From NCBI RefSeq assembly GCF_009914755.1, contig NC_060929.1: a stretch of DNA of 64,000 nt. One strand, 5' to 3'. The notes under the pieces are model-generated. The model ran no database searches, was not told the origin of the DNA, and worked only from the letters and a program-made list of their open reading frames with translations. This document shows, one piece after another, positions 11,541 through 25,589 of the stretch (positions within the stretch are counted from its first letter, which is position 1; each line of letters begins with the position of its first letter). The position numbers and the translations under genes are program-made. This DNA comes from the human T2T-CHM13v2.0 reference genome, Homo sapiens.

Positions 11541-13669
11541 TCACACAAAGAGAGAGAAAAAAGGTTGGTCTGAGCATGTTCAATTTATCTTCTCAAAATC
11601 ACCACTCAAAAATGTTGCTTTCTCATGCCTTGCAGAAGAAAAAGGAAGGGAAACACAATGAAGCCAAAAATGATCACTCAACAATATTCCTTTAGAGGAA
11701 GTTGAGTGGAAATTCCACACTGAACATAAGAGCTGAATAAATGTCCTTGGCTAATGAACATCTCAGTAAATGCCTAGATAAAAGTTGATGTAATTAAACA
11801 TTTTATATGAGGATATAGGGTGTGTATGTGTGCATGAGCATTTGTGTATATAATTATGTACATTGTCTACCTAAGAAAAATAACCAAATACTGAAACTAT
11901 TAATTGATTTAGTAAACTGACTAAATGCAAGAGTAATAACATCTATCAAATTAAACAAAATGTCTAGTCTTTCACTTCTCTTTCCTTACTTTAGAAATAC
12001 CTCCAAAACAGAAATGTAAGCTCTCTTATTATAATGTGAAGAAAATATGCAGATAGATAGATAGTCATATGGAAAATAGTAGAGATAGATAGACAGAGAG
12101 ATATCAGATTTACTGCTGATAATCCTTTTATCCTGCCTGTTCAGTATGTACATTTTCTGTAGTTTTTTTAATCCAATGGAGAAGATAAGTTACTTATATT
12201 AAATAAACAAAGAACATTTTCTGCCATACCTCCTCTATTGTGCATCAACTTTTACATATTTGATAGAGAATTGAAATTAAAGATCATATTTCATTTTGTT
12301 AATTGAGATCTTGCCTTCTGTGCGATACATTTATGTTATATATCTGAATGCCAATAAGTAGAGAAAACTCTAGTATTAAGGGAAAATGATAAAATAAACT
12401 TTGTAGGGGTCCATTTTTAATTTACCCACTGGAATTGAACTAAGATATCTGCCTAAAAAGAACCATGATAATTTTATGGTGTGACCTGAAAGATTGCATG
12501 TGGGAAGGAAGAAGGATTTTCTTAAAAATTATACACATAGAGGAATGAATTACATGTGATCAAAATGTTATTTGTATTTTTTTCGTAAACCAACTTCTAT
12601 TGAGAGTCATCAGATATGTATTGAAATTTTACACATATTTATTGAAATAAAAATTTCTCTCTTAAGTTAAACTTCTACAAACTCAAAATGTGGTAGGCAT
12701 GGTAATATAATTTAGGATTATGCTTTACCAACCTACATTATTTGTGATTAATTTTATAAAATATATTGAATTTATCTTTTACACTATTAAAAAAGTCATA
12801 TTTTTTATATGGATAATTCCATTTGAAGTTGAAGAGATGGGATGGTGACCTTCCAGGGACAGAGTATTATTACACTTTCAAAGGACTGGATAGATTATTC
12901 TTAATTTTTTATCTAACAATAAACTTATATGATGCTGTGGAAGATAAATGTAGCTCAGGAATATATAAATAAATTGATCAATTAATTTTGCATAATCACA
13001 GCATTTAAAGTGTTGTGCCTGAAACAGTTTTAGTGTTATTTTTGCATAATAACCTAATCCTATTCAAAGATAATAATTGTTTAAAGGATCCCGAATCTTA
13101 ATAGTAAACCAAATCTTATCACCTCCCTCTCAACAAAACCTATCATCTAAAGATAATGTGACAGGACATACCAACAGGCATACTAATTAGGCTTATCTGG
13201 CTTGTTGTACTGGTTAAACATATTTTCATGTGCCTATATGCCATGAATATATTATAAAATAAATTTACTGGTTTCATTTTTATAGTTTTTAGGGTTCATT
13301 ATGTGTAAATATTTATATATAATGGATACTGATAATTGTTTCTATGTTGTCATTTATCTTTTCCATTATTTTGCAGAATATTTTATTTTATGTACTAAAT
13401 TCATTGTCTTATGAAAAGAATATATATAGTTGTTTTGCTCAGATTGTCTTGTCATATGCAAGAATGTATGTAGGAAAAACCCGAATCTTAATTTAAGATT
13501 TTAATACTCTCAATATTTACATCTGAAGTGATGATCTATTTAGAAATCCATTTTATGAGCCTTAAGTTATCAGTTCAGGGATCTACCTATTTTTCTCAAC
13601 ATTTACTTGAAATGCATACCAATTTGAGTAGTCATTACTATCAAATCTATGATTTAACATGTGTAAACT

Positions 13670-13810
13670 AAAGAGAGCTTTCAAATGCTGATATCTAAAC
13701 TGTACCACAAAATAATTAATTCAGAATCTTAAAGAGCAAGGTACAGATACCAGTAATTCTTGAAGCCCAAGTAATTCAACATACAGCCACGTTTGAGAGT
13801 CAATGCTGAG
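13670..13810. mobile_element. MER5A-like hAT MITE
   Basis: Contains AATTAATTCAGAATCT...AAGTAATTCAACATACAGCCACGTTTGAGAGTCAATG. Confidence 0.6.
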
Positions 13811-14129
13811 AAGTGCCTGTAAATACGGTGTATTCATTTTTGGCACCATGAAGCAAAAATCACCTAAAAATAATGATCATTCAGCCCTTTCCCACAAATT
13901 ATTTTTTTTCCTTTCCTTTATAAGATTTTTGTTTTACATACTATTTTTTACACATTACCAAGATCACACACATTTAGGTGTGTAATGTGTATTAAACAAT
14001 ATTGTTTATTAAATCCATATTAAACAATATTTATGTATTTAATGCATATTAAACCATATTGTTTGATATAACACACCTAACTGTGTGCTATAGTATGTAA
14101 TAGTAATACCCAGAGGTGCTGAAAGTTTG

Positions 14130-14230
14130 AGTCGTTCTCAACCTTGGCAGCATATTGGAATTACCCAGGAGTGTTTACTATATCAGATATTCAGGTGATT
14201 GTGTTGCATAGCAAGACAGAAAACTCTGCC
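14130..14230. mobile_element. MER5-like fragment
   Basis: Contains GTTCTCAACCTTGGCAGCATATTGGAATTACCCAGGAG...CAGGTGATT. Confidence 0.55.
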
Positions 14231-14640
14231 TTTGATCTATATGAATGCTTACCACCTGTGCTGTCATTTTTTTATCCATTACAACAAACAACTAAGCTTT
14301 CTATTTTTATTTTATTGGCTGGATTTAAACTTCAAGCAATTGTCTGGCTAAGAAAATTTAATTACTATACATTTATCGAGTGCACACTGATATGCCAAGA
14401 AATATGGCCAGATTAAAAAATCTTTGGATGTTTCAATTTTAAAGAATCTACTTCATGTGGCTTTATAGGTACTGATCCACAGTATTCTAGCACTGAACTT
14501 TGCATTGTACAATTTTAAGCCAATCATTTTTTTGTTTAGGTGACTTATTAGGGGAGGGTGCATTTCTGACCCATTGTGGCATTTCTCCCCTTCTTCTCCA
14601 TTATTCAGTAACTTCACTAAAATACAACCTGGTGTTAATT

Positions 14641-14953
14641 ATTTTATTTTTATTTATTTGATTAGTTCTTAGTGATGAGGTCTTGCTCTGTCTCCCAGGC
14701 TGCAGTGTGGTGTTACCATCAAAGCTCACTGCAGCCTCAAACTCCTGGACTCAAATGATTGTCCTACCTCAGAATCCCAAATGGTTGGGACTACAGGTGC
14801 ATGCCATGACACCTGACTAATTTTTTAACTTTTGTAAAGACAAGGATCTCTCTATGTTGCCCAGGATGGTCTCAAACTCCTGGGCTCAAGTGATCCTCCC
14901 GCTTTGGCTTTCTAAAGTACTGGGATTACAGGCGTGAGCCACAGTGACCGGCT
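14641..14953 (-). mobile_element. AluJ
   Basis: Full dimer with J diagnostics. Flanks TGTTAATT.../TGCTAATT... resemble a TSD. Confidence 0.9.
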
Positions 14954-15679
14954 GCTAATTATTTTTTAATCCCTCAGCTCTGACATGCCCTCAGATAGTA
15001 CATTTTTATTAATAGGGCATCCTATCTTTAAAACCGTATTTCTGTTTCATGTGCTCCATCCTTACAGTATTTACTTCAAGAGAAACAATTATGGAGATGT
15101 TCACAGTTTCCTTGTTTTTTTTTCTTTCTTTTTTTGCTTTAAAATGATTTCATTGTAATTGAGATGTATTTAAGTTTACTAAGTTTTCTTATCATACTCC
15201 TCCCTACTTTCAGCAATTCATATTTAACTTTTTTACTTCTCCAGTGCAGCTTTCATTTTTATAATTTTTTTTAGTTTTCCTTTCCTGAGTGCTGCCAATT
15301 TTTTCTTCTATTTTTTAAGACAATATTTCTTGTGTATCCAAGCTCTTCTTTCAAAAGCTCTATATCTTCCTCAAGACTGTTAAGCTCATGCATAAGTGCC
15401 ATGTTAAAATTTTCTTCTGTTTCATTATATAATTTTTATGATTTTCATTTTCATCTGCAAGTATGTTTGTGTTTCTTTTCCTGTTTCCTTTCCCTTTTTT
15501 TTTTGGTAGTATCAGTATATATGCACCATTCTGATTTCTTTATAATTGTTACCTGTTTTGCTGGAAGGACTTATGCATAGTTGCAGTATTTACTAAATAA
15601 CTGTGGAGGGACATGAGTTATGAGAAAGCTGGGGAAGCATCTATTTCATTTTATAAACCTGGTTTCATAATATTTTCTC

Positions 15680-17200
15680 ATTCAATTTATTCAACAAATA
15701 CATACTTATTGAACAATGTATTCGTTTGCTAGTGCTACTGCAATAAAGTACCACACAATGGGTGGTTTAAATTACAAAAATTTACTGTCTCGTGGTTTTA
15801 GAGAATAGAAGTCCAAAATCAAGGAGACATCAGAATAGGTTCCTGCTGAAGGCTGTGAGGGAAGAATCTGTCTCAAGCCCTCTCTTCTCAAACTGTAGAT
15901 AGCTATCTTCTCCTTATGTCTCTTTATATCATCTGTTCCTATGCACAAGTCTTTGTTCACATTCTCCCTTTTTATAATGACATTAGGCATATTAGATTAA
16001 GCCTGATCTAATAACCTCATTTTAACTTGATTACCATGCTAAAGACCTTATCTCTAAACAACATCACATTCTATGGTCCTGGGGCCTAATAGTTCAATCT
16101 ATGCATTTTTGGGGGGTACACAATTCAACTCATAACAAGCAATGACTTGTTTCAGACTCTCTTTAATATTCTTGAGTTCCAACAAAGAGAAACTACCATA
16201 AAAAAAATTAAAAAATTAAAAAAAGGAAAACAACAACCCTACTTTCCTGGATCCTACTCCAACTTGGGGGAAAGGACAATAAACAAATAAATTAATGTAT
16301 ATAAAACAGATCAGCTACTGTTAAGTAAAGAAACATAAAGCCAGAAATAAGATATATACATATATATATATATATATATTTATGGATGGGGTGCTGTTTT
16401 GTATTGATGTTCTGGAAAATTCTTTCTGATAAAGTAGCACTGAGTGTTATCTGACCATACCATGAGAAATAGCCACAGATATTTAAGGTGGAATTCCATT
16501 GTAGGCAGAAGAATAGACAGAGAGGTTCTGACAAAAGAATCATTATTGTCTATAAAGAATATCAAAGGCTTCTGTTTTGCAAGTCTGGAATGAGGAAGAT
16601 GAGACTGATATGAGAGAATTTCTTACTGGTTAAAGGAAGCCAGATCTTGCAGTACCATGTTGGCCATGGTGAGTTATTTAACTTTAATTCTAAGTGAAAT
16701 GGGAAACCATTGCAAAGTTTGGGTAAAGAAAGAAGAGAAATAATGTTGACTTACTTCTAAAAGTATTTCTTTCACTCTGGGATAGTCAAAACACTAACCA
16801 GAGTAAAGGTGAAAGGTAGGACACCAATTAGAAGGTTTTTGCTGTAGTCCAGTTGAGAGATGATAGTTGCTTGGATTCATAGAGTAGTGGTCCAGTTTTT
16901 GCGTATAAATCAAACTGTAGATATATTTATAAGTTAGAGCCATTGGTATTTTCTCTTACATCGATTTGCAGAAATAAGTGAAAGGTGACTCAAAGAGATT
17001 AGACTAAAAGAGTTGTCAATCAGATGGTTATTATTGAAGTATAACAGGCTGGAAAGAGGGGCTGGTTTGGGTGAGGAAATCATGTGTCTAGTGTTTGGAA
17101 ATGTTAAATTTGGGATGCCCGTTTTAGCTATACAAGATAGCTTGCAGATTTACATCCTGGTTTAATGAGTCCAGATTTTAGGATAGAAAATTCTGTATAC
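15680..17200 (-). mobile_element. L2 3' portion, interrupted by MLT1B
   Basis: Reverse L2 tail ATTCAATTTATTCAACAAATA at ~15680, with further L2-like tracts (TTTAATTCTAAGTGAAATGGGAAACCATTG; GTCCAGTTGAGAGATGATAGTTGCTTGGA) to ~17200. Confidence 0.7.
15717..16137 (-). mobile_element. MLT1B solo LTR inserted into an L2
   Basis: Runs TGTATTCGTTTGCTAG...ACACAATTCAACTCATAACA, with TSD AACAA (15712-15716) / AGCAA (16138-16142). Confidence 0.85.
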
Positions 17201-17829
17201 TAAATGACTTGAGGAAATCAATTAAGAGACGAAAAAATTCAACATGAATCATTAGTTTTAAACTAGTGTACATTTTGTTTAGAGCTTACCCAAACAGATT
17301 GCCAAACTTCACCTCTAAAGTTTCTTAAATATGCTAAAGTTTGAGAAGCACCAGTCTAGACAATTTTCGCCAAACATTCTGTAGCCACAATAACCTTTTG
17401 AGTGTTTTGTTGACATTTAATAATTTTGTATATCTAATATTTTTGTCATGTATTTTTCCATCTAGAATCTCTCATTGTCAGTACTCTCATCTTCCTATAG
17501 TAGTATTTTTATTTCCATGTGCAGTTCAAGAAATATTAGAAACATTTAGAAAAAAACTTTTATGCCAATGTAAATAACTTATTACATTTACTTAAATTAT
17601 TATATAAAGTAACCATATATCCTGGTAATTGATGTTTTTATTTACAGACTGTATCCCAAATAATAGTTATATCATTTTACAATCTTCATATTATCAGAGA
17701 TCATCCTTAATAGAAAGCATGAATTATACAATTTTTAAATTAGCATGCAGTTTGTTATGTTACAAAAAACTTCATATATTATTAAAACTCAAACATACTT
17801 CCAATCATAAAAAAAGAGTGCTTGATAGT

Positions 17830-20140
17830 CGTATTAGTCAGTTTTCACGCTGCTAATAAAGACACACCTGAGATAGGGCAATTTACAAAAGAAAGAGGTA
17901 TATTGGACTTACAGTTCCACATGGCTAGGGAAGGCTCACAATCATGGTGGAAGGCAAAGAGGAGCAAGTCATATCTTACATGAATGGCAGCAGGCAAAGA
18001 GAGAGCTTGTGCAGAGAAACTTCAGTTTTTAAAACTATCGGATCTCATGAGACCAATTCACTACCATTAGAACAGCATGAAAAAGACCTGCCCCCATGAT
18101 TCAGTCATCTCTCACTGGGTCCCTCCCACAAAACATGGGAATTATGGAAGTTATGAGATGAGATTTGGGTGGGCATACAGAGCCAAACCACATCATTCTG
18201 ACCCTGGCGCCTGCAAAATCTCATATCTTCACATTTCAAAACCAATCATGCCTTCCCAACAGTCCCCTAAAGTCTCAACTCATTCCAGCATTAACTCAAA
18301 AGTCCACAGTCCAAAGTCTCATCCAAGACAAGGCAAGTCCCTTCCACCTATGAACCTGTGAAATCAAAAGAAAGTTAGTTACTTCTTAGATACAATGGGT
18401 GTACAGGCATTGGGTAAACACAGCCATTCCAATTTGGAGAAATTGGCCAAAACAAAGGGGCTACAGGCCCCATGCAAGTCTCAAATTCAGCAGGGCAGTC
18501 AAATCTTAAAACTCCAAAATGATCTCCTTTGACTCCCTGTCTCACATCCAGGTCACACTGATGTAAGAGGTAGGTTCCCATAGGCTTGGGCAGCTCTGCC
18601 CCTGTAGCTTTGCAGGTACAGCTCTCCTCCCCATTGCCTTCATTGGCTGGCATTGAGTGTCTGTGGCTTTTCCAGGTGCATGGTGCAAGCTGTTGGTGGA
18701 GCTACCATTCTGGGGTCTGGAAGACAGTGACTGTCTTCTCACAGCTCCACTAGGAGCTGCCCAAGAGGGACTCTGTGTGGAGGCTCCCACCCCACATTTC
18801 CCTTCTGCACTACCCTAGCAGAGGTTCTGCATAAGGACCCTGCTCCTACAGCAAACTTCTGCCTTAGCATCCAGGCATTTCCATGCATCTTCTGAAATCT
18901 AGGCAGAGGTTCCCGAACCTCAATTCTTGACTTCCATGCACTCTGCAGGCTCAATACCACATAGAAGCTGCCAAGGCTTGAGGCTTGCATGCTCTGAAGC
19001 CACAGACTGAGCTCTGTGCTGGTCCCTTTTAGCCATGGCTAGAGTGGCTTGGATACAGGGCACTAAGTCCCTAGGCTGCACACAGCATGGAGACCCTGGG
19101 CCCAGCCCATGAAACCACTTTTTCTGGATAGGCCTCTGGGCCTGTAATTTAGGGAGGGGCTGCCACAAAGTTCTCTGATATGCACTGGAGACATTTTCTC
19201 CATGTTCTTGGTGATTTACATTCAGCTCCTTGTTACTTAAGCAAATTTCTGCAGTTGGCTTGAATTTCTCCTCCGAAAGTGGGTTTTTCTTTTCTATTGG
19301 ATTGTCAGTCTGCAAATTTTCCAACTTTTTATGCTCTGTTTCTCTTTTGAAACTGAATGCCTTTAACAGCACCCGAGTCACCTCTTGAATGCTTTGCTTC
19401 ATAAAAGTTTCTTCCACTGGATACTCTAAATCAGCTCTCTCAAGTTCAAAGTTCCACAAATATCTAAAGCAGGGGCAAAATGCCCCCAATCTCTTTGCTA
19501 AAACATAACAAGAGTCACCTTTGCTCCAGTACCCAACAAGTTCCTCATCTCCATTTAAGATCCACCTCAGCCTGGATTTCATTGTCTATATCATTATCAG
19601 CATTTTGGTCAAAGCCATTCAACAAGTCTCTAGAAGTTCCAAACTTTCCCATATTTTCCTGTCTTCTTTTGAGCCCTCCAAACTATTCCAACCTCTGCCT
19701 GTTACCCAGTTCCAAAGTCGCTTTAACATTTTTTGGTATCTTTTCATCAACACCCCACTCCTGGTACCAATTTTCTGTATTAGTCAGTTTTCATGCTGCT
19801 AATAAAGACATACCTGAGACTGGCCAATTTACAAAGGAAAGAGGTTTATTGGACTTACAGTTCCACAGGGCTGGGGAGGCCTCATAATCACGGCAGAAGG
19901 CAAGGAGAAGGAAGTCACATGTTACATGGATGGCAGCAGGCAAAGAGAGAGCTTGTGCAGAGAAACTTCCATTTTTAAAACCACCAGATCTCATGAGACA
20001 ATTCACTATCACAAGAACAGCACAGGAAAGACCCGCAACATGATTCAATAATCTCTCACTGGGTCCCTCCCACAATGCATGGGAATTATGGGAGGTACAA
20101 GATGAGATTATTTGGGGGGACATAGAGCCAAACAATATCA
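17830..20140 (-). mobile_element. Complete THE1A MaLR element (3' LTR 17830-18195, internal 18196-19775, 5' LTR 19776-20140)
   Basis: Two homologous LTRs carry the THE1A-type GGACTTACAGTTCCAC. There is a ~1.58-kb THE1-int with TTGGTACCAG after the 5' LTR and a PPT before the 3' LTR. TSD is ATAGT/ACAGT. Confidence 0.93.
18920..19582 (-). pseudogene. Remnant of the THE1-int (gag-derived) ORF, 220 aa open
   Basis: GDEELVGYWSKGDSCYVLAKRL.AFCPC.R.LWNFELER is the MaLR internal ORF. It continues in shifted frames toward ~18375. Confidence 0.75.
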
Positions 20141-21889
20141 ACAGTATCTTTTGTATATTCTGAACATCTGGATATGGAAAGGTTAAGAGATTTGGGGAAA
20201 ATAATGTAAACAAATATTTAGTGGTAAATCCATGATGAATATCTAAATGTTTTGATTCTTATTATATTTATGAATACTTGAAGTACAACAGAACTCACAG
20301 ACTCTAAAATAAGTATGGCCAAAAGTACCTTGTTAACTCAGAGGAAATCTTATATTTTTGCTTAGAGTTTTGTCCATAGGGACTGGAATCATACCTTGAC
20401 CATAGTATAAATGACTTCAAGAACTGAGTGAATTCAAGATGCACTTATATAAAACTATAGCACAAAATGAAATCTGTATCATACAATGCTTCCCTCCTCT
20501 ACTCCCACCTCTACACTCAAAGGGAGTTTATATTGGAATAAAAGGATTCACGGAGGATCAGAGCAGAAGCACAATCAGTAATAATGAGTAACACAGTTAT
20601 TCACTAGTTTCTAAAATGTGGACACAATCCTGTGTCACTGGATGAAGGGTAAAGAGTTTTACTTATTGAGCATTACATCCTGAAAGGCATTGAGTAATTC
20701 ACAGATAAAGAGATTTAATTATTTCGTATGTTTCTGGAGGACAGATGTCACTACCTCAGTTGGATGTAATTGGGAGTCTGTTTGAAAGCCTAAAAGTTGA
20801 GGTCAAAGAGAAAATGTTTCTGGACTTAGAAGTCCCTTTTCATTCCTTCTGATTAACTCTATTAGAGGAGATGAATATTCCCCAGAGGAATTGGCTTGCC
20901 TCATATTAACCGTGGCCTCAATGTTTTTTCTTTTCCTAAATAATCAAATGACCATATATATTAAGAAGTTATTAGTCTGACATTATTTCTCAAATGTAGA
21001 AATTATCTTAAATTAATGTAAATATATATGTTTGGTACATCAATGGAGTGAATAATATGAATGGTATTGTCACATTTTGTCCCTCTGGATATTTACAAGA
21101 ATATAGGAAATTTGAGTTTCAAACAGTGGTACACCCAATTGCCTTCCAGGACCTTCCCCAACCACCTACACAAATATAACTGGATTTACAGCAGATCAAT
21201 TGCTGAAATTTTTAAGTAACTTTTTAAAAACCTCCACAAATGTCTTAGGTAGAGCAGAATATATACACAGAACATATTATTGGCATTTTTCCAATGTGGA
21301 AGTTAAATTGTTTGACTCTTAGAAAAACAATTTCTGTGAAACTTTCAGAACTCATTTGAATTATTTCTCCTTACAGGATAGACTCAAGACTTTTATCACG
21401 TCCTTCCTTGGCTGAAGAAAAAGAGATTAAGCCATTGTTTTCTTCATTTATACAACGAGATAGAAATATTGTCAGATCTGCCCTGAGATTGCACTTGTTG
21501 TGAAAAAAAAATTAGATCAGATTAAAAAAAAAAGGTGTTTGTAGCTTTATAAAAACAAGTCCTTAATACTTCTTAAGGGATCATTTGAACTTCCCGGCTT
21601 AGAAAATTGCTGCTTTAATTTTCTTTCAAAAGGGCACTTCAAGCTGAAATTTATAATTCTCCTTTAAGTCTAAAACAGAAGTTACATGATACTACCTGCA
21701 ATTTTTCTAACTAAAAACAACCAGATTCACATGCTCCGAACTTGGAAAATGAATTTGTTACATGACTGTGGTAACAAGAGATGCATTGCATAAACAGTGG
21801 GGAGTTGGTGTATTCCCAAAGTTTTTCATTTATTGGATTTTACTTTCTATAATTTAATATTTGAAATAAAAGAAATTGTAGTAGGTAAA

Positions 21890-22070
21890 TAAAGCCAAGT
21901 TCTCTAGAGACAGAAAATTCTAGATTTTTAATCTGTCTGCACAACTAATGATCTCTATGACTGTGTGTCTCAGTTTGCTTATTTTGAAAATGAGGATGTT
22001 CATTTCACATTGTAGTTTGGATGATTAATTGTGCTTACTGCATATAACGCACTCAGCATAATATGTGTTC
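21890..22070 (+). mobile_element. MIR
   Basis: MIR core TGTGTCTCAGTTTGCTTATTTTGAAAATGAGGAT...GCATATAACGCACTCAGCATAA. Confidence 0.7.
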
Positions 22071-22117
22071 AAAAATAAAATATCATAACGCCTAAAATAT
22101 CCAAATAATCAAGTTAT

Positions 22118-22620
22118 ATTTGTCAGAGTTCTTTCATACATAGATCATTTAAGTCAAATTCAGAATAGTTAAACAAAAAAACAAACAATACAATAAGTAT
22201 TAATATACAGAGATTTGACTGGCGGGATTTTAGGAGTACAAATCATGCCAGCAGGATTTTATTTTATTCATCCCTCACTTGGGTCTTTGTATCTGTTGGC
22301 TTTATTTTCAGTAAAGATGTCTCCATATAATAGTAAACTTTTGGTCATTTGTTCAGACTTATTTGTTTCTCAGAAATTCTAGACACAGAACTCCCCAATG
22401 TCTAGAAAAATGCTGAATAAGAGCTTTGGTTGGCCTTGAATTGAGTTGGGTCTCTAACCTAAACCATCACAATGGCCAGGAAATGGCTGTTCTCTGATCT
22501 GCTTCATGAGACCCTGTGCTTCACATTATGTCAGGAGAGAATCAGGTAAGCTTCTTTAAAACACAGAAGAGATTCTGTTACCAGGAGATGGGATGGTTAA
22601 GCATGTAGGGAAGAAAAAAA
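22118..22620 (-). mobile_element. Old MLT1 (MLT1J/K-like) LTR
   Basis: Degenerate motifs AAATTCAGAATAGTTAAACAAAAA and TGGTTGGCC..TTGGGTC..AACCATCACAATGGCCAGG. Confidence 0.5.
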
Positions 22621-24059
22621 AAATCTATCTAGCTCTCTATTCATCTATCTATCTATCTCTATTTATCTGTCTACAAATCCTAGGCTTCTCTTCCAATTGC
22701 CGTCAATCATTTTGGAGTCATCAATAATTTAAGAGTTTTAAAAAGGGGTACTGAGAACAAAATACGATCAACTTTGATGCTCTATTGGTAGATAGATGCA
22801 ATATGTTAAACAAGAAAATATTAAACACAGAAAAGTACCTAATCACATATTCCACTACCTGTGAGAATAATGTCACACAAGTAATGTAGCTTTGGAAAAC
22901 TTAACTGATAATATGACAGTGAAAAGGACAAGATAGCAGCTTTGTAAATTAATTTTGTCCTCATGGAAGTCCTAAAAGTGTCTAGCAGAGGCCCAGGTAT
23001 CTGCAGACCCCACGTTCAAAAAGCCTGCTCGAGCCCATCATGTCACCATATATGGGAAATACACAAGAAATCTTTCCCTCCCCTCCAAGCATACAGCCAC
23101 TTCCGTGGATAAGGTGGAACTAATTCACTCTACTGTAGCCAACTCTAGCAGTTCTAACTGTTATAATGCCACTGGGATAATCTTTATAGGCTTCAAATTT
23201 AAAAGCCATAGACTTATTCAGCATATTTAACTACTTTCTATTTCTGTACATAATGGATCAAACCCACTTTATATTATATAATTTTTTTTTAAATTTGGGT
23301 CTTGCCTCTTCTTTCATCTCTTCATTGCATTCTATGTTTGAACAATACTAAACAAGATGATCAGAAAAATGCGCTCAGAGACCTTTACTTAAAACAATGC
23401 TCTGGCATCTCCTATAATTCATTTCAGTATTTCTCACCATAAAGTTCACTCAAACAAAACTTTTCAATTTATAGTATTTTATTTGTATCCAAGAGGTAGG
23501 TTTACTTACAATTTATATATGTTCCTTGATACTTTCAACATGGATTCAAACTCCCAATTAAACTTAAAAAACATCAGGGGAATAAACTCAAAGGATACTT
23601 GTCTTGAAAGATTGCCCTAGAACTCTGCAAACGACCACTCAATTTGTAAACGGGATCACTAATTAAATGTGAAATATATGCATGTCCATTTGGATGATCA
23701 GGATTGTAACTGTAGGACCTCACTTACAAATCCAATTCTGCATCGTTTCTTTTACATTTCAAATTAAGAGAAACAATTCTATTTTTAGATTTGTGTCATA
23801 AAACTATAATATTTTTATTACTAAATTTTAATGGAAATGTTTATGATTATTTGAGTCTGTGTCTGCACACAAAAATCTGAGTTTGTAAATTGAATATGTG
23901 ATATAAAATTTCTTATATTTGTAAAAATTTACATTATGTCTCATATAGCTCAAGTGCTTTGTAATAAATTATATGACATAGTCTTTAAATGTACATAATG
24001 AAATGTCTAATACGGAAATACCTGTTTGAAAGTTTTTTCTTAAAAATAAATGTCAATGA

Positions 24060-24410
<351 letters not shown>

Positions 24411-24502
24411 TAATTGTTGTAATAATTAAAGGAGCTATGTACATGTAAAGCACTCAGAAAAGTGCCTCAAACTTGAGTATTACATGTTAGCCACTATTAT
24501 TA
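24411..24502 (+). mobile_element. MIR 3' fragment
   Basis: Contains CATGTAAAGCACTCAGAAAAGTGCCT...ATGTTAGCCACTATTATTA. Confidence 0.6.
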
Positions 24503-24748
24503 AAGTAAATATTGGAATAATTTTAGGATTCTTAATTACTTGAAAAATAATAAACATACTATATTTTACTTTAATTTTTATGAGTATAATTCAAACAAAT
24601 GAACTACATTAGTAGTTAAAATAGATAATAAGTGGAGGCATGGAAACATTTTAAGAATCACATATTTTACACATTGAATTTGGTGGTATAAAACTTGTAC
24701 CATCCACAGTGCAGAACTCCTCTGGAATGTTTAAGAATCCTTAAAGAG

Positions 24749-25035
24749 GGCTGGGTGTGGTGGCTCACGCCTGTAATCCCAGCACTTTGGGAGGCCGAAG
24801 TGGGCGGATCACCTGAGGTCAGGAAACCATACTGGCCAATATGGCGAAGCCACATGTCTACTAAAAATACAAAAACTAGCTGGGGCGTGGTTTTGCACAC
24901 CAAGCCACTCAGGAGGCTGAGGAACAAGAATCGCTTAAACCTGGGAGGCAGAGGTTGCACTGAGCCAAGATTGTGCCACTGAACTCCAGCCTGGGTGACA
25001 GAGCGAGACTCTGTCTCAAAACAAAACAAAAAAAA
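24749..25035 (+). mobile_element. AluS
   Basis: Full dimer with a small B-box deletion. 15-bp TSD AAGAATCCTTAAAGA (24733-24747) / AAGAATTCTTAAAGA (25036-25050). Confidence 0.95.
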
Positions 25036-25589
25036 AAGAATTCTTAAAGAAAGGAAATGGCTACTGTACATACCATGGAGTGGGAGTGGAACAAAAGTAG
25101 GTAGAACTTCAGTAGCCTAGGATGGTTTCAGAAACATTGATGAACTGTAGTTAAGACAGGCTTAGAAAACACTGTAATTGAAAATTTAATACTTTTGTAA
25201 TAAAGGATAATTGGCAGAAAAACAATAAACTGCCTTGTTGGTTTGCTGATAATTGTATAGGTCAAGAGAAAGTATTAAAAAGGGGCATTTAAGAAATGTT
25301 TATTATATCTGTTTCAGAAGTTAAAATTCTAAAGAGTAAAAAATATTATAATTATCTTGGAGATGAAGGGGAAGTGGTAGGTTCTGTAATTTGCAAAAAG
25401 TATATGTTCCAGAACAATTATCGAGGAAATGAGAGATTGTGCCTTGGGAAAATATACATTTTCCTCTACCAGGCCTGGGAAAGTTATGCCTGATGTTGGC
25501 AAATTCTGGTGCTGGAGGGAGTGGGGGCTATCTAAGATATTGTTGAGAACCTTGAAGGCTCTTTAAATTCTACTCTTTTTGCAAGCTAG

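Noticed and set aside
13089-13492. 13-mer CCCGAATCTTAAT occurring twice ~390 bp apart
   Set aside because: It is too short with no flanking similarity, which is compatible with chance.
18077-20213. Dense cluster of overlapping ORFs (also 31943-34315)
   Set aside because: It is explained by THE1/MST LTR and internal sequence with higher GC.
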